From Octopus bimaculoides (taxonomy: Eukaryota), in NCBI RefSeq assembly GCF_001194135.2, contig NC_068992.1, positions 52,545,811-52,609,810 of the forward strand: DNA of 64,000 bases, read 5' to 3'. The translations under genes and the position numbers were made by a program. Under the pieces are notes generated by a model. It had not been told where the DNA came from. It saw nothing but the letters and a program-made list of their open reading frames with translations, and did no database searches. Positions 38,509 to 50,574 of the stretch are shown here, piece by piece. Positions within the stretch are counted from its first letter, which is position 1, and each line of letters begins with the position of its first letter.

Positions 38509-39502
38509 NNNNNNNNNNNNNNNNNNNNNNNNNNNNNNNNNNNNNNNNNNNNNNNNNNNNNNNNNNNNNNNNNNNNNNNNNNNNNNNNNNNNNNNNNNNN
38601 NNNNNNNNNNNNNNNNNNNNNNNNNNNNNNNNNNNNNNNNNNNNNNNNNNNNNNNNNNNNNNNNNNNNNNNNNNNNNNNNNNNNNNNNNNNNNNNNNNNN
38701 NNNNNNNNNNNNNNNNNNNNNNNNNNNNNNNNNNNNNNNNNNNNNNNNNNNNNNNNNNNNNNNNNNNNNNNNNNNNNNNNNNNNNNNNNNNNNNNNNNNN
38801 NNNNNNNNNNNNNNNNNNNNNNNNNNNNNNNNNNNNNNNNNNNNNNNNNNNNNNNNNNNNNNNNNNNNNNNNNNNNNNNNNNNNNNNNNNNNNNNNNNNN
38901 NNNNNNNNNNNNNNNNNNNNNNNNNNNNNNNNNNNNNNNNNNNNNNNNNNNNNNNNNNNNNNNNNNNNNNNNNNNNNNNNNNNNNNNNNNNNNNNNNNNN
39001 NNNNNNNNNNNNNNNNNNNNNNNNNNNNNNNNNNNNNNNNNNNNNNNNNNNNNNNNNNNNNNNNNNNNNNNNNNNNNNNNNNNNNNNNNNNNNNNNNNNN
39101 NNNNNNNNNNNNNNNNNNNNNNNNNNNNNNNNNNNNNNNNNNNNNNNNNNNNNNNNNNNNNNNNNNNNNNNNNNNNNNNNNNNNNNNNNNNNNNNNNNNN
39201 NNNNNNNNNNNNNNNNNNNNNNNNNNNNNNNNNNNNNNNNNNNNNNNNNNNNNNNNNNNNNNNNNNNNNNNNNNNNNNNNNNNNNNNNNNNNNNNNNNNN
39301 NNNNNNNNNNNNNNNNNNNNNNNNNNNNNNNNNNNNNNNNNNNNNNNNNNNNNNNNNNNNNNNNNNNNNNNNNNNNNNNNNNNNNNNNNNNNNNNNNNNN
39401 NNNNNNNNNNNNNNNNNNNNNNNNNNNNNNNNNNNNNNNNNNNNNNNNNNNNNNNNNNNNNNNNNNNNNNNNNNNNNNNNNNNNNNNNNNNNNNNNNNNN
39501 NN
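38509..39502. other. Assembly gap flanked by (TA)n (other large gaps: 47605-48356, 51617-51913)
   Basis: Run of N. Confidence 1.
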
Positions 39503-39540
<38 letters not shown>

Positions 39541-39619
39541 TGGATCATCCCATAAATAATGCAGCTTTTTTTATACTTCCTTTATTTTTCAAAATTAACA
39601 TTAACAAATTTATTTTTTA

Positions 39620-39900
39620 ACCTAAAATATACTCTCCTTCCTTTTCTACAATGCTCTTCAATCTATCTGGTAGACTTGTAAGTTTTCAAAGTTTGGTGAT
39701 ATCTTCCAAGTTTTTTAAGATATTTCTAATGTTCATTTAACTTCTGCAAATTCAGAAGTAATACCAGATTTCTCTGAAGCAGTTAAGACACATTAACGAC
39801 CCGTAATTATGATTATCAGACCACTCGTTAATAATTTGGAACACTGAAAGCTCGTGCAAATCATGCAAATGGCCACAGTTTGTATACACTTGTGCAAAAC
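39620..39900 (-). mobile_element. Possible highly decayed Tc1/mariner C-terminal fragment
   Basis: Minus strand RLKSIVEKEGEYILG* resembles the Tc1-family terminal RLxAVIxxxGGY motif; upstream similarity is weak. Confidence 0.3.
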
Positions 39901-40713
39901 CTCACGTCTTTTACACACCACACGCATGTAGCTGTTGCCATCATTCTGTGGAACTTTCGTTGAATTCCAGCAAGTAGTTTTTCAATAAAGTAAAGAAAAA
40001 ATGTTAATAATTTGAAATGCAGTGATTATATATTTGTGTTTGTGTGGGGTGGATGGGAGTGTGTGTTGATCACTATAAACAAATCGTTTGTGTGGTTGTT
40101 TGGCAAGAATTTGCCAAACCCTCATATATCATCTAACAATGGGAGAGTCCATGATATATATATATATATATAGAAAGACTTTCCGTATTCCCGAGCGTCA
40201 TACTAATATATACTTTTGTTATTTACACCACCTGTCCTCGTCTGTTGTTATTATTTGTATATTCTCCCATATATATATATATATATGGGATGAGCAACTG
40301 ACTAGCACAATGATTCATTGTACAATGATGGAAATATAATAAGAGGAACCTAACTCTCTTAATGCTTCACAGCATTGGCCCATCTGCTTTCTGGTGCTGA
40401 AGAGTAGATAACCACTCTGAAATATTCTAAAGCATGCACCGGCCAGTATGGTTAGGGGCTGTTGTGAACTGAGTTACATTTGTCTTTAGTTTCAGAGTCT
40501 GATGAGACATTCACGGGACTAAGCCTTTTGTGGATGTGGAACAAATAGTCATTCAATGACCAGACACTGTCTTAACTACTTATAAATACATTACTGCTCT
40601 GTGCTTTAGTGTGTGCTTCTTTTCGGATATATGATACGTTGATGATATTTATATCTATATATATATTTGATTAATGACAGAGACAGTAAATGGAAGATAT
40701 GAGAATGTTTATT

Positions 40714-40822
40714 AATCATTACAGTTGTTTCAACCCATCTAGCATTGAGCCCTCACTTGTGGGATACTTAACAACTGGTTTATAACTATCCGTCGATATA
40801 GATGTGTCTCTTCAAGAGATTA
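40714..40822 (-). ncRNA. Degenerate hammerhead ribozyme motif with extended stem II (Penelope-like remnant)
   Basis: Minus strand UUGAAGA (C3->U), stem II GACACAUCUA/UAGAUGGGUU around a ~65-nt insert, then GAAAC-AACU-GUA. Confidence 0.5.
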
Positions 40823-41320
40823 CAAGATATATCTTGTCAAAATAACAACTGTTCCACAAGATATCTTCTCAGTTTGTGTATAGAAAAGTAACAAATTAAG
40901 GGACACAGCTTCATTTTTGTAGAAGATCAATAATAAATAAGAGATGCAAGAAGAAATGAATACGCAATACAGCATAAAATGTATTAGATATAACCTTTAA
41001 CAAATATGTGTGTATAAATACCTACAATTAGGTTGTATGGTGCATGTACACTTGCTCGTACAAACATCCATGATGATGTAAACATATGCACACATGTAGG
41101 TTTGGCACACATACACTCACACAGCAAATTAGATATATAATTCTTATAAGAATGGAGAGGTTACAGTTAAATTGAGTTCATCCATACCTTAAAGTAAGTC
41201 ATGATTATTAATTTGGTTAAGAGTATGTGTGTATATGAGAGAGCGAGAGAGAGTGAGAGAGAGGCAGAGTGTATATATGTGAAGCATAATTGCGTTTATC
41301 TGCGTTATTACCTCCATGCC

Positions 41321-41513
41321 AGGAAGTAAGAGTGAGAGAAAGTTGTGGTGGAAGAGTACAGCAGGGTTCACCACCATCCCTTGCCGGAGCCTCATGGAGC
41401 TTTAGGTGTTTTCGCTCAATAAACACTCCTCACAATGCCCGGTCTGGGAATTGAAACCGCAATCCTATGACCACGAGTTCGCTGCCTTAACCATCGGGCC
41501 GTTGAGCCTCCAC
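41321..41513 (-). mobile_element. SINE family B, head half
   Basis: Matches family B head and body. Confidence 0.85.
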
Positions 41514-42435
41514 AGAGTAGAAAATAATATGGGAATAATGATTGAGAGAGTTCCAAGAATAGATAAGACACCTATAATGTCATGCTAGAGAAAATGGTAA
41601 CAGAAATAAATTCTAATGGTGAATGGAATAACTAAATGAATAAATAAATCATCATAGGATGAATCTTGAGTAGAAAGTAATATTTGAAAAAATTGACTCA
41701 AATATATTTTATTGCTGTTTTTATCTGCTGTTTTGTTTCCATGATTAAGGATGTTTATTGGAAAATAATAAGGGAAAAAATGTTAACAAAGACCAACTTA
41801 TTGGAAGCTATATGACCCTTCATATGGTCCAGTTTTAGAAAGCATCAAACTAATATAAAATTAAAGAATAGTTGTCAATAAAGTTTCAATCATAAATTTT
41901 GTTTTTGATACACAAATGGGAAATTACAGTTGCACCATTTTCTTGTATTTCATTCTTATTTTTATTATTATTATTATTATATATTATTTTATTTTATTTT
42001 ATTATTTATTTCTCTTTCTTTCTATCTCTTCATCTCTTCTTTCTGTTTCTATTTATTAATTTCAAGTGTGGCATGGCGGTATTAAATCAAGCTGCCAACT
42101 GAAATATTGTAGTGGAATGAATAGAAGTGGTTTTATATAGACAACAGAAAAAACAAAATTAAAAAAAAACAAATAAAAAACGACAACAACAACAAAACGC
42201 AAACATAACAAAAATAAATACAATAAAGAAGTAAAGTTGTGCAATAATTGCACTTATAGAGTGAGGCTTATTGAAGTAAAAATAATATGAATCGATGCAT
42301 TTAATTAACAAGGCTACTCTCATCTATAAACAACTCACAAATGTGTAGTATTTTGCTATTACACTCAATATAGAATACAGAATATACATACATACATATA
42401 TACATACATACTTACATACACACACACACACACAC

Positions 42436-42475
<40 letters not shown>

Positions 42476-42545
42476 ATAATATATATATATTATTTATATT
42501 GTTTGATTGAATGCCACACATCCATTTCCAAGTAAGTTTATCTGG

Positions 42546-42576
<31 letters not shown>

Positions 42577-42639
42577 ATGTGTGTGTATATNNNNNNNNNN
42601 NNNNNNNNNNNNNNNNNNNNNNNNNNNNNNNNNNNNNNN

Positions 42640-42670
<31 letters not shown>

Positions 42671-42759
42671 TATGAGAGGTAATGGTGTCAATAAGACCCA
42701 AAGGTGTCAGGTAATGCTGAGTAAGTGTTATGGACAAACCATAATTAAGCTCCAGATTT

Positions 42760-43020
42760 GGTGATTAATCGAATAAGGAGTCAAACGTAGGTCATATATC
42801 AGCATGTGTATATATAAAAAAAAATGTTTTCAGAATAAGATAAAAGGCCAAGGCTGTGAAGATTTTAGGACATTTATAAAGAGAAGGTCTTACAGCTGTT
42901 TCCGGGATATTTTTTATATCCCTTCATCAGAGATGGTGTTGGAAAATTGTTAAGCAGTAGTTAATTTAGATAAGGTATGGAATAGAGAGTCATTCCTCCA
43001 CTTCACTCTCTATTTCATAT
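42760..43020 (-). mobile_element. Probable Penelope-like element terminal-repeat remnant carrying the hammerhead
   Basis: Inferred from the embedded minimal hammerhead; boundaries approximate; no RT/GIY-YIG sequence seen. Confidence 0.5.
42888..42933 (-). ncRNA. Minimal type I hammerhead ribozyme motif (Penelope type)
   Basis: Minus strand UCU-CUGAUGA-A-GGGAUAU-AAAAA-AUAUCCC-G-GAAAC-AGCU-GUA^AGA: intact CUGAUGA/GAAA core, 7-bp stem II, palindromic stem III, 3-bp stem I; A-G mismatch at the base of stem II. Confidence 0.8.
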
Positions 43021-43024
43021 CTTA

Positions 43025-43657
43025 TCTAGAATAACTATTGCTTCCATTGGTCTGTCGAACAGCTGTTATGATCTCTACACCAGTTCAGCCTTTTCTGAAT
43101 GTTTTGATGAGAAAGTAGAGGTTTCTTGATAACAACTCTTCCATGATATCCGGTTTTATTGAGGTCACAGCGAACAGTTTTGGTCGAAACTGGGCCAGTC
43201 AGATGTTAATTAAACTCTGCAGTCACTTTAGGGACAGTTGTCCTGTGATTTTTTCATCACAATGCGATTCAATACTTGTCGGTCTCTTTCAGTGAGCTTC
43301 GAAGTCCTGCCGGACTTATTCCTCCTGCGGGAGGTTAGGCCCTGCTTCTCAAATTCAGTCATGGGCCTTGATATGGTAGCTCTCGAAAAATCAAGGAGTT
43401 CAGCTGTTCTGGTGACGGAAACTCCTGCCATTCGAGCTCCAACAATTTGCCCTTTTCCAAACTCAGTGAGGTCACGCATCTTAGCTTGATTTATACTACG
43501 ATCTGAAAAAGAGATGGAAATAATCATTAAATTAGATTTAAAAAAAACAAAACATCTACAATACAAAATGAAACACTCACAAAAATCTTGGATGGATATT
43601 CAGGGAAATAATGGAGTTAAATTTCTACTGTTCTAGTTATTTTGTGCAACACCTATA
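43025..43657 (-). mobile_element. Tc1-like transposon 5' half (HTH region), frameshifted
   Basis: ATG at 43479: MRDLTEFGKGQIVGARMAGVSVTRTAELL...SGRTSKLTERDRQVLNRIV, then +frameshift HRTTVPKVTAEFN*HLTGPVSTKTVR...KKPLLS...RLNWCRDH...DQWKQ. 5' end TA|TAGGTGTTGCACAAAATAAC. Catalytic domain absent. Confidence 0.9.
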
Positions 43658-44279
43658 GTATTGTGTGTTGAACAAATCGTAGGATTAAATATAAAATGAG
43701 GAACGTAGTTTACTTTATAAAATCTATGGAAGGAAGCGAATGTAGGAATTCGACATATACATTGCAGAGACTCCCAGAAATTTAGAGAGAAAAGAAGGCC
43801 ATAGGAATGAATACTGTGATAAGAAACCCAATAATTCGTATGAGGCCCCTTTACAATAAATACATGAGACTACATGAGTAAACTAATGAAAACCTTTCCT
43901 TAAAAATAAATACTGCTAAATGTAGAGACCACAAAACAAACGCGACCACGCTTGTGTGTTAATCACACAACTGTTGTGCATATGCGTGTGTGGGCGAAAT
44001 AGAGTTAGTCCGGCCTCAAACTTCATATTTCTTTGAGTTATTGTATTAAAATACGAAATATTAAAGTGTAATTCGATCCGCACTTTCCCATAAAAGAATA
44101 ACACAAGAGGACAATATACGTTCACGCATATACCGACACCACCTCCCATACCACACGGACAAATACACAAGTCCAGTAGGTAAACATACAAAGAAATAAA
44201 AGCTGTACCATTCAAACGCATACGCATACACACACATACATACACCAGAGCGCACCCACGCCTGAACACACGCACTCAC

Positions 44280-44500
44280 AATCTTTCTTTTCTCTCTCTC
44301 TTCCTCAACCTCTCACGTGCATTGTCGCCCTTAACCACACAGCTACATATAGAACCTAAAACGAAGAGACAGACTTGAAACTGGCTTTGAAATGGGAGGG
44401 CATGACCGCAAAGAGAACACAACGGCGACGAAAGGACTTTGATAAACAAAACTGATTGTTTGATTAACCTAATCAAACAATCGATTGTTTAATTGGTCAA
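44280..44500 (-). promoter_or_regulatory. Putative promoter and non-coding first exon of a minus-strand gene
   Basis: Donor GATT|GTGAGT at 44280/44279; Inr-like TCAGTT at 44455-44450; GACCAAT box at ~44492-44498; CpG-rich surroundings; only short uORFs in the exon. Confidence 0.5.
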
Positions 44501-44602
44501 ATAGTTAACCAAATGACGAATAATGAAAAACTGAAAACAGGACTAGTGCGTGGGTTTATTATTCCGAGATACGATGTGTGTGTGCGCTCACGCGCGCGTA
44601 TT

Positions 44603-44990
44603 TCTCTTTTACTTGCTTTAGTCTTTAGACGGCGTCTATGCTGGAGCATCACCTTGAATATTTAGTCGAATGAGACGACCCCAGTACTCATATTCTTTTA
44701 AGCCTGGTATCTATCTTATCGATTCTTTTGCCGAACCACTATTTTACGGGGGACATAAACACACTAGAACCGGTTGTCAAGTGGTGGTGGTGGTGGTGGT
44801 GGTGGTGGTGGTGGGACAAACATTGACAAAAAGACACACAGACATAAATATTTATACATAAATATGTAAACGACGGGATTCTTTTTAGCTTCCGTCTACC
44901 AAATCCACTGATAATTCTCTGGTCGACCGAAGGGTATAATCGAAGATACTTCCCCGTGGTACCAGAGGAGTGAACGAGTACCACATGAAA
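44603..44990 (-). mobile_element. SINE family A, diverged copy
   Basis: Reverse complement of family A tail/body with internal (GGT)n. Confidence 0.8.
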
Positions 44991-45261
44991 TCAAGTGCCT
45001 TGATCACTGATACGTTATGTCACCTGGTACAAGACTTGAGCCTACGACTTAACATTCATCAACCCAACATCGTAACCACGAGGCCGTGAACCTTAATCGA
45101 AGATGAAAGGATTAATAAAATAACTATCCGTGTCAAAATCAATATGTTCTCAAAAAGGTTATGAAATATTTTGCTTTAAACTTTATTTGGAGATCAACTA
45201 CAAAGGTGCATAAAATTTCAATGTGTTTCTTTTCTGATGGATTGCAGTTACTGGATAAAAT

Positions 45262-45936
45262 GGATCTAGTTCAAAACGGGGGCACCAGTATTTTCTTAAC
45301 GAAACACTTTGAAACTTGGGACACTGGTAGAATGTGTCATATAAAACATCTTTTTCTCTTAGTCTTCTTAAGAAAAATTATTATATTGCAATTTATTTCA
45401 TGTTAAAGTTGTCGTATTTCTGTAATTTCAACCAATGACTGACGTCCATTCAGCCGTAAAAATAAAGTGCTGACTACGTAAACAAACGATTCTCAAACGA
45501 TTCTGGCGGTGATAAAATTATTATTTCCTTGTCATAAAATGGCTGAAGCATATTGGCAGTAGCTAATAAACCTTTCTATTATAGGCACAAGGCCTGGTTT
45601 TTGAGGGAAGGAGCAAGTCAATTAGGGTTAGGGTTAGGGAAAACGAACACACGTGTGTTGCCTCTCTGCAAAATGTCAGAAGTAATGGAGATTAAATACG
45701 CTTTACACCGCTTAAACTGCCAAAGGAGTAACTGTAAACAGCTGAATACTTGTCAGTGATTGGTTGAAATTATCGAAATACGACAATTTTTTACATGAAA
45801 TTAATTCGAATACAAAAATTTTTTTCTGTTCTATAACACAAAATAGATAAGTATACGAAGTTTGAAAGTCTTTCGGTACCAAAAACACTACATAAAACAT
45901 AAATGAAAACTGGTGCCCCCGTTTTGAACCAGATCC
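45262..45936. mobile_element. 675-bp non-autonomous TIR DNA transposon with 8-bp TSD (Merlin- or MULE-like)
   Basis: Terminal IR GGATCT(A/G)GTTCAAAACGGGGGCACCAGT (28 bp, 1 mismatch) plus subterminal IR 45399-45443/45752-45797; TSD GATAAAAT (45254-45261, 45937-45944); (TTAGGG)3 at 45622-45639. Confidence 0.9.
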
Positions 45937-46253
45937 GATAAAATTTATATATTCAGCACATGACATGTTTTAAGGGAATTGAAGAAGGAAAATATATTAA
46001 TCATAAGAAATAAGAATTGGGCAATGTACCAACTATAGATTACTATATAACAAAATAAATGCATTAGATGTGATTGGTAATTTCAGCATGCGAGTAATGA
46101 AGGAACTAATTTGAAGGATATTGTGGTTGTGTAGTAAGAAGCTTGCTTTCCAACCACATGGTTCCGTGTTCAGTCCTACTGGGTGACACCGTAGGTTAGT
46201 TATACACACACACACATATATATACATGCACACATGCATATATATATTTTTAA

Positions 46254-46316
<63 letters not shown>

Positions 46317-46424
46317 TATCTGCACACACACACACACACCACACCACACACATATATACATATACATATACATATGGACACTCATATATATGCACACATA
46401 TATGTATGTATAGAGATATAAATA

Positions 46425-46455
<31 letters not shown>

Positions 46456-46526
46456 TAATGCGCCGTCTGGTCTAGGGATTGAAAACACGATCACCTTAAC
46501 CCACAACAACAACAACAACAATAACA

Positions 46527-46749
46527 CCCTTTCTACTATAGGCACAAGGCCTGAAATTTTAGGGGATGGGTAAGTCGATTACATCGACCCCAGTGCATAA
46601 CTGCTATTTATTTTATCGACCTCGAAATGATTAATGGCAAAGTCGCCCTCTCAACCCCCCCCCCCGACGGCATTTGCGCTCAGAATGTAAAGACGGACGA
46701 AATACTGCTAAACATTTTACCCTGCATGCTAACAATTCTGTCACCACCT
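46527..46749 (-). mobile_element. SINE family D, full length, CpGs retained
   Basis: CCCTTTCTACTATAGGCACAAGGCCTGAAATTT...GTCGATTACATCGACCCCAG...GCTAACAATTCTG. Confidence 0.88.
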
Positions 46750-46750
46750 C

Positions 46751-46794
<44 letters not shown>

Positions 46795-47569
46795 AAATAA
46801 TAATAATAATAAGAAGAAGAAGAACCCTTGTATTAAAACTAGTAAAGCTCTTTCGTGATTTTCGTAAGCGGTCACTAAAAGTTTTGACAACAGGAAAGTC
46901 ATCTAGGCACAAAGCGACGGTCCAGAAAAAAACAAAACAAAAACAAAGGCGTACATTCCATGCCCGCATGGTAAAGCATACAAAATGCTGATGATGAATG
47001 TGTGACCACCACCAGTTTCCTCGGTTTCCAGATGTTACCCTTTGTAGAATAATAATTTTACTCTTTTGTTTGCTTCCAACTTTGTAGCCATTATTCCATC
47101 TTATTTTCCATTATTTTGTTCACAATCTTAAATCTGGCTACGACTGACACCATTAAAGAAACAATTTTAGATAATGTAATGTAATCGTCAAGTGCTATTG
47201 CTACATAATTTGGTCCATTGTTAATGCAAATACACAAGCTGTGATGCCATTTAGTCTTATTCTGAAACTCATACATAGAAATTAGTATATTTACCATTCT
47301 GATGAAAGCAGGACTTTCATACATATGTAATTTACATCCCAATCTCATCGCTTTGAAGAATTTGTATGTCGATTTTGTTATTTATGCAGAATATCCTACT
47401 TACGTAGAAGTGGGAACAATGATACAGGCACACATACACATACACACACATAGAGACACACACACAAACACATATACATACACATATGCATATATTTAAA
47501 TATATACACATATACGCATATACACATTTAAATATATACACATATACATATATACATATCCTGGTATAA

Positions 47570-47602
<33 letters not shown>

Positions 47603-48356
47603 TANNNNNNNNNNNNNNNNNNNNNNNNNNNNNNNNNNNNNNNNNNNNNNNNNNNNNNNNNNNNNNNNNNNNNNNNNNNNNNNNNNNNNNNNNNNNNNNN
47701 NNNNNNNNNNNNNNNNNNNNNNNNNNNNNNNNNNNNNNNNNNNNNNNNNNNNNNNNNNNNNNNNNNNNNNNNNNNNNNNNNNNNNNNNNNNNNNNNNNNN
47801 NNNNNNNNNNNNNNNNNNNNNNNNNNNNNNNNNNNNNNNNNNNNNNNNNNNNNNNNNNNNNNNNNNNNNNNNNNNNNNNNNNNNNNNNNNNNNNNNNNNN
47901 NNNNNNNNNNNNNNNNNNNNNNNNNNNNNNNNNNNNNNNNNNNNNNNNNNNNNNNNNNNNNNNNNNNNNNNNNNNNNNNNNNNNNNNNNNNNNNNNNNNN
48001 NNNNNNNNNNNNNNNNNNNNNNNNNNNNNNNNNNNNNNNNNNNNNNNNNNNNNNNNNNNNNNNNNNNNNNNNNNNNNNNNNNNNNNNNNNNNNNNNNNNN
48101 NNNNNNNNNNNNNNNNNNNNNNNNNNNNNNNNNNNNNNNNNNNNNNNNNNNNNNNNNNNNNNNNNNNNNNNNNNNNNNNNNNNNNNNNNNNNNNNNNNNN
48201 NNNNNNNNNNNNNNNNNNNNNNNNNNNNNNNNNNNNNNNNNNNNNNNNNNNNNNNNNNNNNNNNNNNNNNNNNNNNNNNNNNNNNNNNNNNNNNNNNNNN
48301 NNNNNNNNNNNNNNNNNNNNNNNNNNNNNNNNNNNNNNNNNNNNNNNNNNNNNNNN

Positions 48357-48530
48357 GGGGGGGGGAGGAACACAGACACAAAAACACACACACACATATA
48401 TGTACATATACATATATACGACGGGCTTCTTTCAGCTTCCGTCTTCCAAATCCACTCACAAGGTTTTGGTCAGCCCGAGGCTATAGTATAAGACACTTGC
48501 ACAAGGTGCCACGCAGTGGGACTGAACCTA
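48357..48530 (-). mobile_element. SINE family A, partly in gap
   Basis: Reverse complement of family A body adjacent to the N-run. Confidence 0.85.
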
Positions 48531-48678
48531 CTGCAAAATATTCAATTCTTATCTCCCTAACACACTGAGGAATACCTGTATGCACTCAGTTACTTAAGTG
48601 AAAACATGGTAATGGTTTACTGCTATATTTAGCCCTCCCCATACACACACACATGCACACACACATGCACACACACAT

Positions 48679-48723
<45 letters not shown>

Positions 48724-49066
48724 GTGTATGAACGTACGCGTGTGTACTTTTATGAGTCGTCTCCATAACTGTTTATACTTTTCCACATCACTTGAAAACT
48801 GCTAACGTTTCTATGTCCAGTATCGGAGATGTTTGAAACGCAGAAGTCTATAAAATGAATACCAATCTTAAAAAATTGAAATTGTTATGATCGACTAAAC
48901 CCATGAACGCGTGCACAGTCCAATGCCTGACAGTGCTTTTATGCGGACAAACGTTTAGTCTTACAGAAATTTTAGCTTGTACTATGTAAGACATTTTGAC
49001 TAGGTAAAATAATATAAGATGAATAGCTATCTTAAACTTATCGTTGTCTCGTGTATTATTTTAGGC

Positions 49067-49372
49067 CAGTGGTTCCAAAACATTTTCGGGCTGCTGCCAT
49101 CTTGACACCCAAGCCACATTCCTAGCGCCCCACCCCAACTAACCGTCACAAACATAGACCTCTTTCTGAAGCAAAGCCAAAACAACTGTATTTCACAAAT
49201 TAAGCTTAACCTAATGAAACCATTATTTTGTTGTTTTTACATGAATCGTTACTCCATTATCATCCCAATATTTACATGAATCGCTCCCCAATTATCACCC
49301 CACTTTCCTTCAACGCCACCTTGTAACTTTCAACCGCCCCCAGGAGTGCAATGCCACCCACTTTGGGAACGA
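49067..49372. mobile_element. hAT (Charlie-like) MITE, degenerate
   Basis: Left CAGTGGTTCCAAAAC and right CACTTTGGGAAC ends typical of hAT-Charlie MITEs; right end eroded, TSD not clear. Confidence 0.6.
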
Positions 49373-49794
49373 TCAGAAATTTGGGCCAATCAGAAATTTT
49401 AACCGATATAAAATGTTAAACAAAGTAATTATCATTCTATCTATATTTTGGCTATAAAAAGTGAATACAAAACTGTTTTGTATCGTCTCTCACTGGCAGT
49501 AATGGAAAACCGAATTTGTCGTAAAATGTCCTAGCTTCACGTGATCCTCGGTCCAGCATCGACAAATTAATTTCTACTTGCTCACACAATTTTGTCTTTA
49601 CAGTATAAATTATTCCTATGAAACGAACATTTTATATATATATATATATGTACATGATTATATAACTTTCTTCATAAAGTTATGCAATCAAATGTATAGA
49701 AAATAACTTTGTACACTTTCGCACACACATTTATGTAAATTGGATGTGATTGATGTAAATTAAGATCTTTTCTTTATTTTTCACTGTTGTATTT

Positions 49795-49831
<37 letters not shown>

Positions 49832-50257
49832 TAAATATGATATTCTTGTCAGAATTTTGTCATATTTTAATCTGAATTCTCAAACCACATGCTGTGTAAT
49901 TATTGTTGCTTTATTTTACCAAAAGATTCGTCAAAATCTATTTTTATCATTATTTAGGTAATCTAAGGAAATTTTCTATAGAACCGACTTTTGTTGTTTT
50001 ATCTACGAAGAATCTTTTAATTTCCTAAACGTACACACAAACGCATGTGTTATCAATATAATTATATTTAGTCCTATCCAAAAATGCAAAATATAACATA
50101 AATGCAGGTTTGAATATGTCAAGCAGAGAGAGATATTTCAAAGATTAATAGTGACTTTAATAGTTCATCTGTTAAGGTTTTACTCTCTTTCTTTGTATGT
50201 ATGTATGTATACACATGCATACATCTACATACATACCACATATATATATATACATAT

Positions 50258-50413
50258 GAGTGGCCGTGTGGTAAGTAGCTTGCTTACCAACCACATGGTT
50301 CCGGGTTCAGTCCCACTGCGTGGCACCTTGGGCAAATGTCTTCTACTATAGCCTCGGACCGACCAAAGCCTTGTGAGTGGATTTGGTAGACGGAAACTGA
50401 AAGAAGCCCATCG

Positions 50414-50466
<53 letters not shown>

Positions 50467-50574
50467 TTGTGTGTCTGTGTTTTTCCCCCCACCATCGCTT
50501 GACAACCGGTGTGTTTACGTCCCCGTAACTTAGCGGTTCGGCAAAAGAGACCGATAGAATAAGTACTAGGCTTC
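50258..50574 (+). mobile_element. SINE family A, young near-consensus copy cut by a gap
   Basis: Almost all CpGs intact; ends at N-run 50575-50615. Confidence 0.92.

Noticed and set aside
38349-39620. Longest ORFs in the track (368-423 aa; also 47332-48568 and 51479-51970)
   Set aside because: They consist of N-gap (X) and (TA)n translations, not genes.
45622-45639. Interstitial telomere or chromosome-fusion scar
   Set aside because: Only three units, and they lie inside a TSD-bounded transposon, so they are treated as part of that element.
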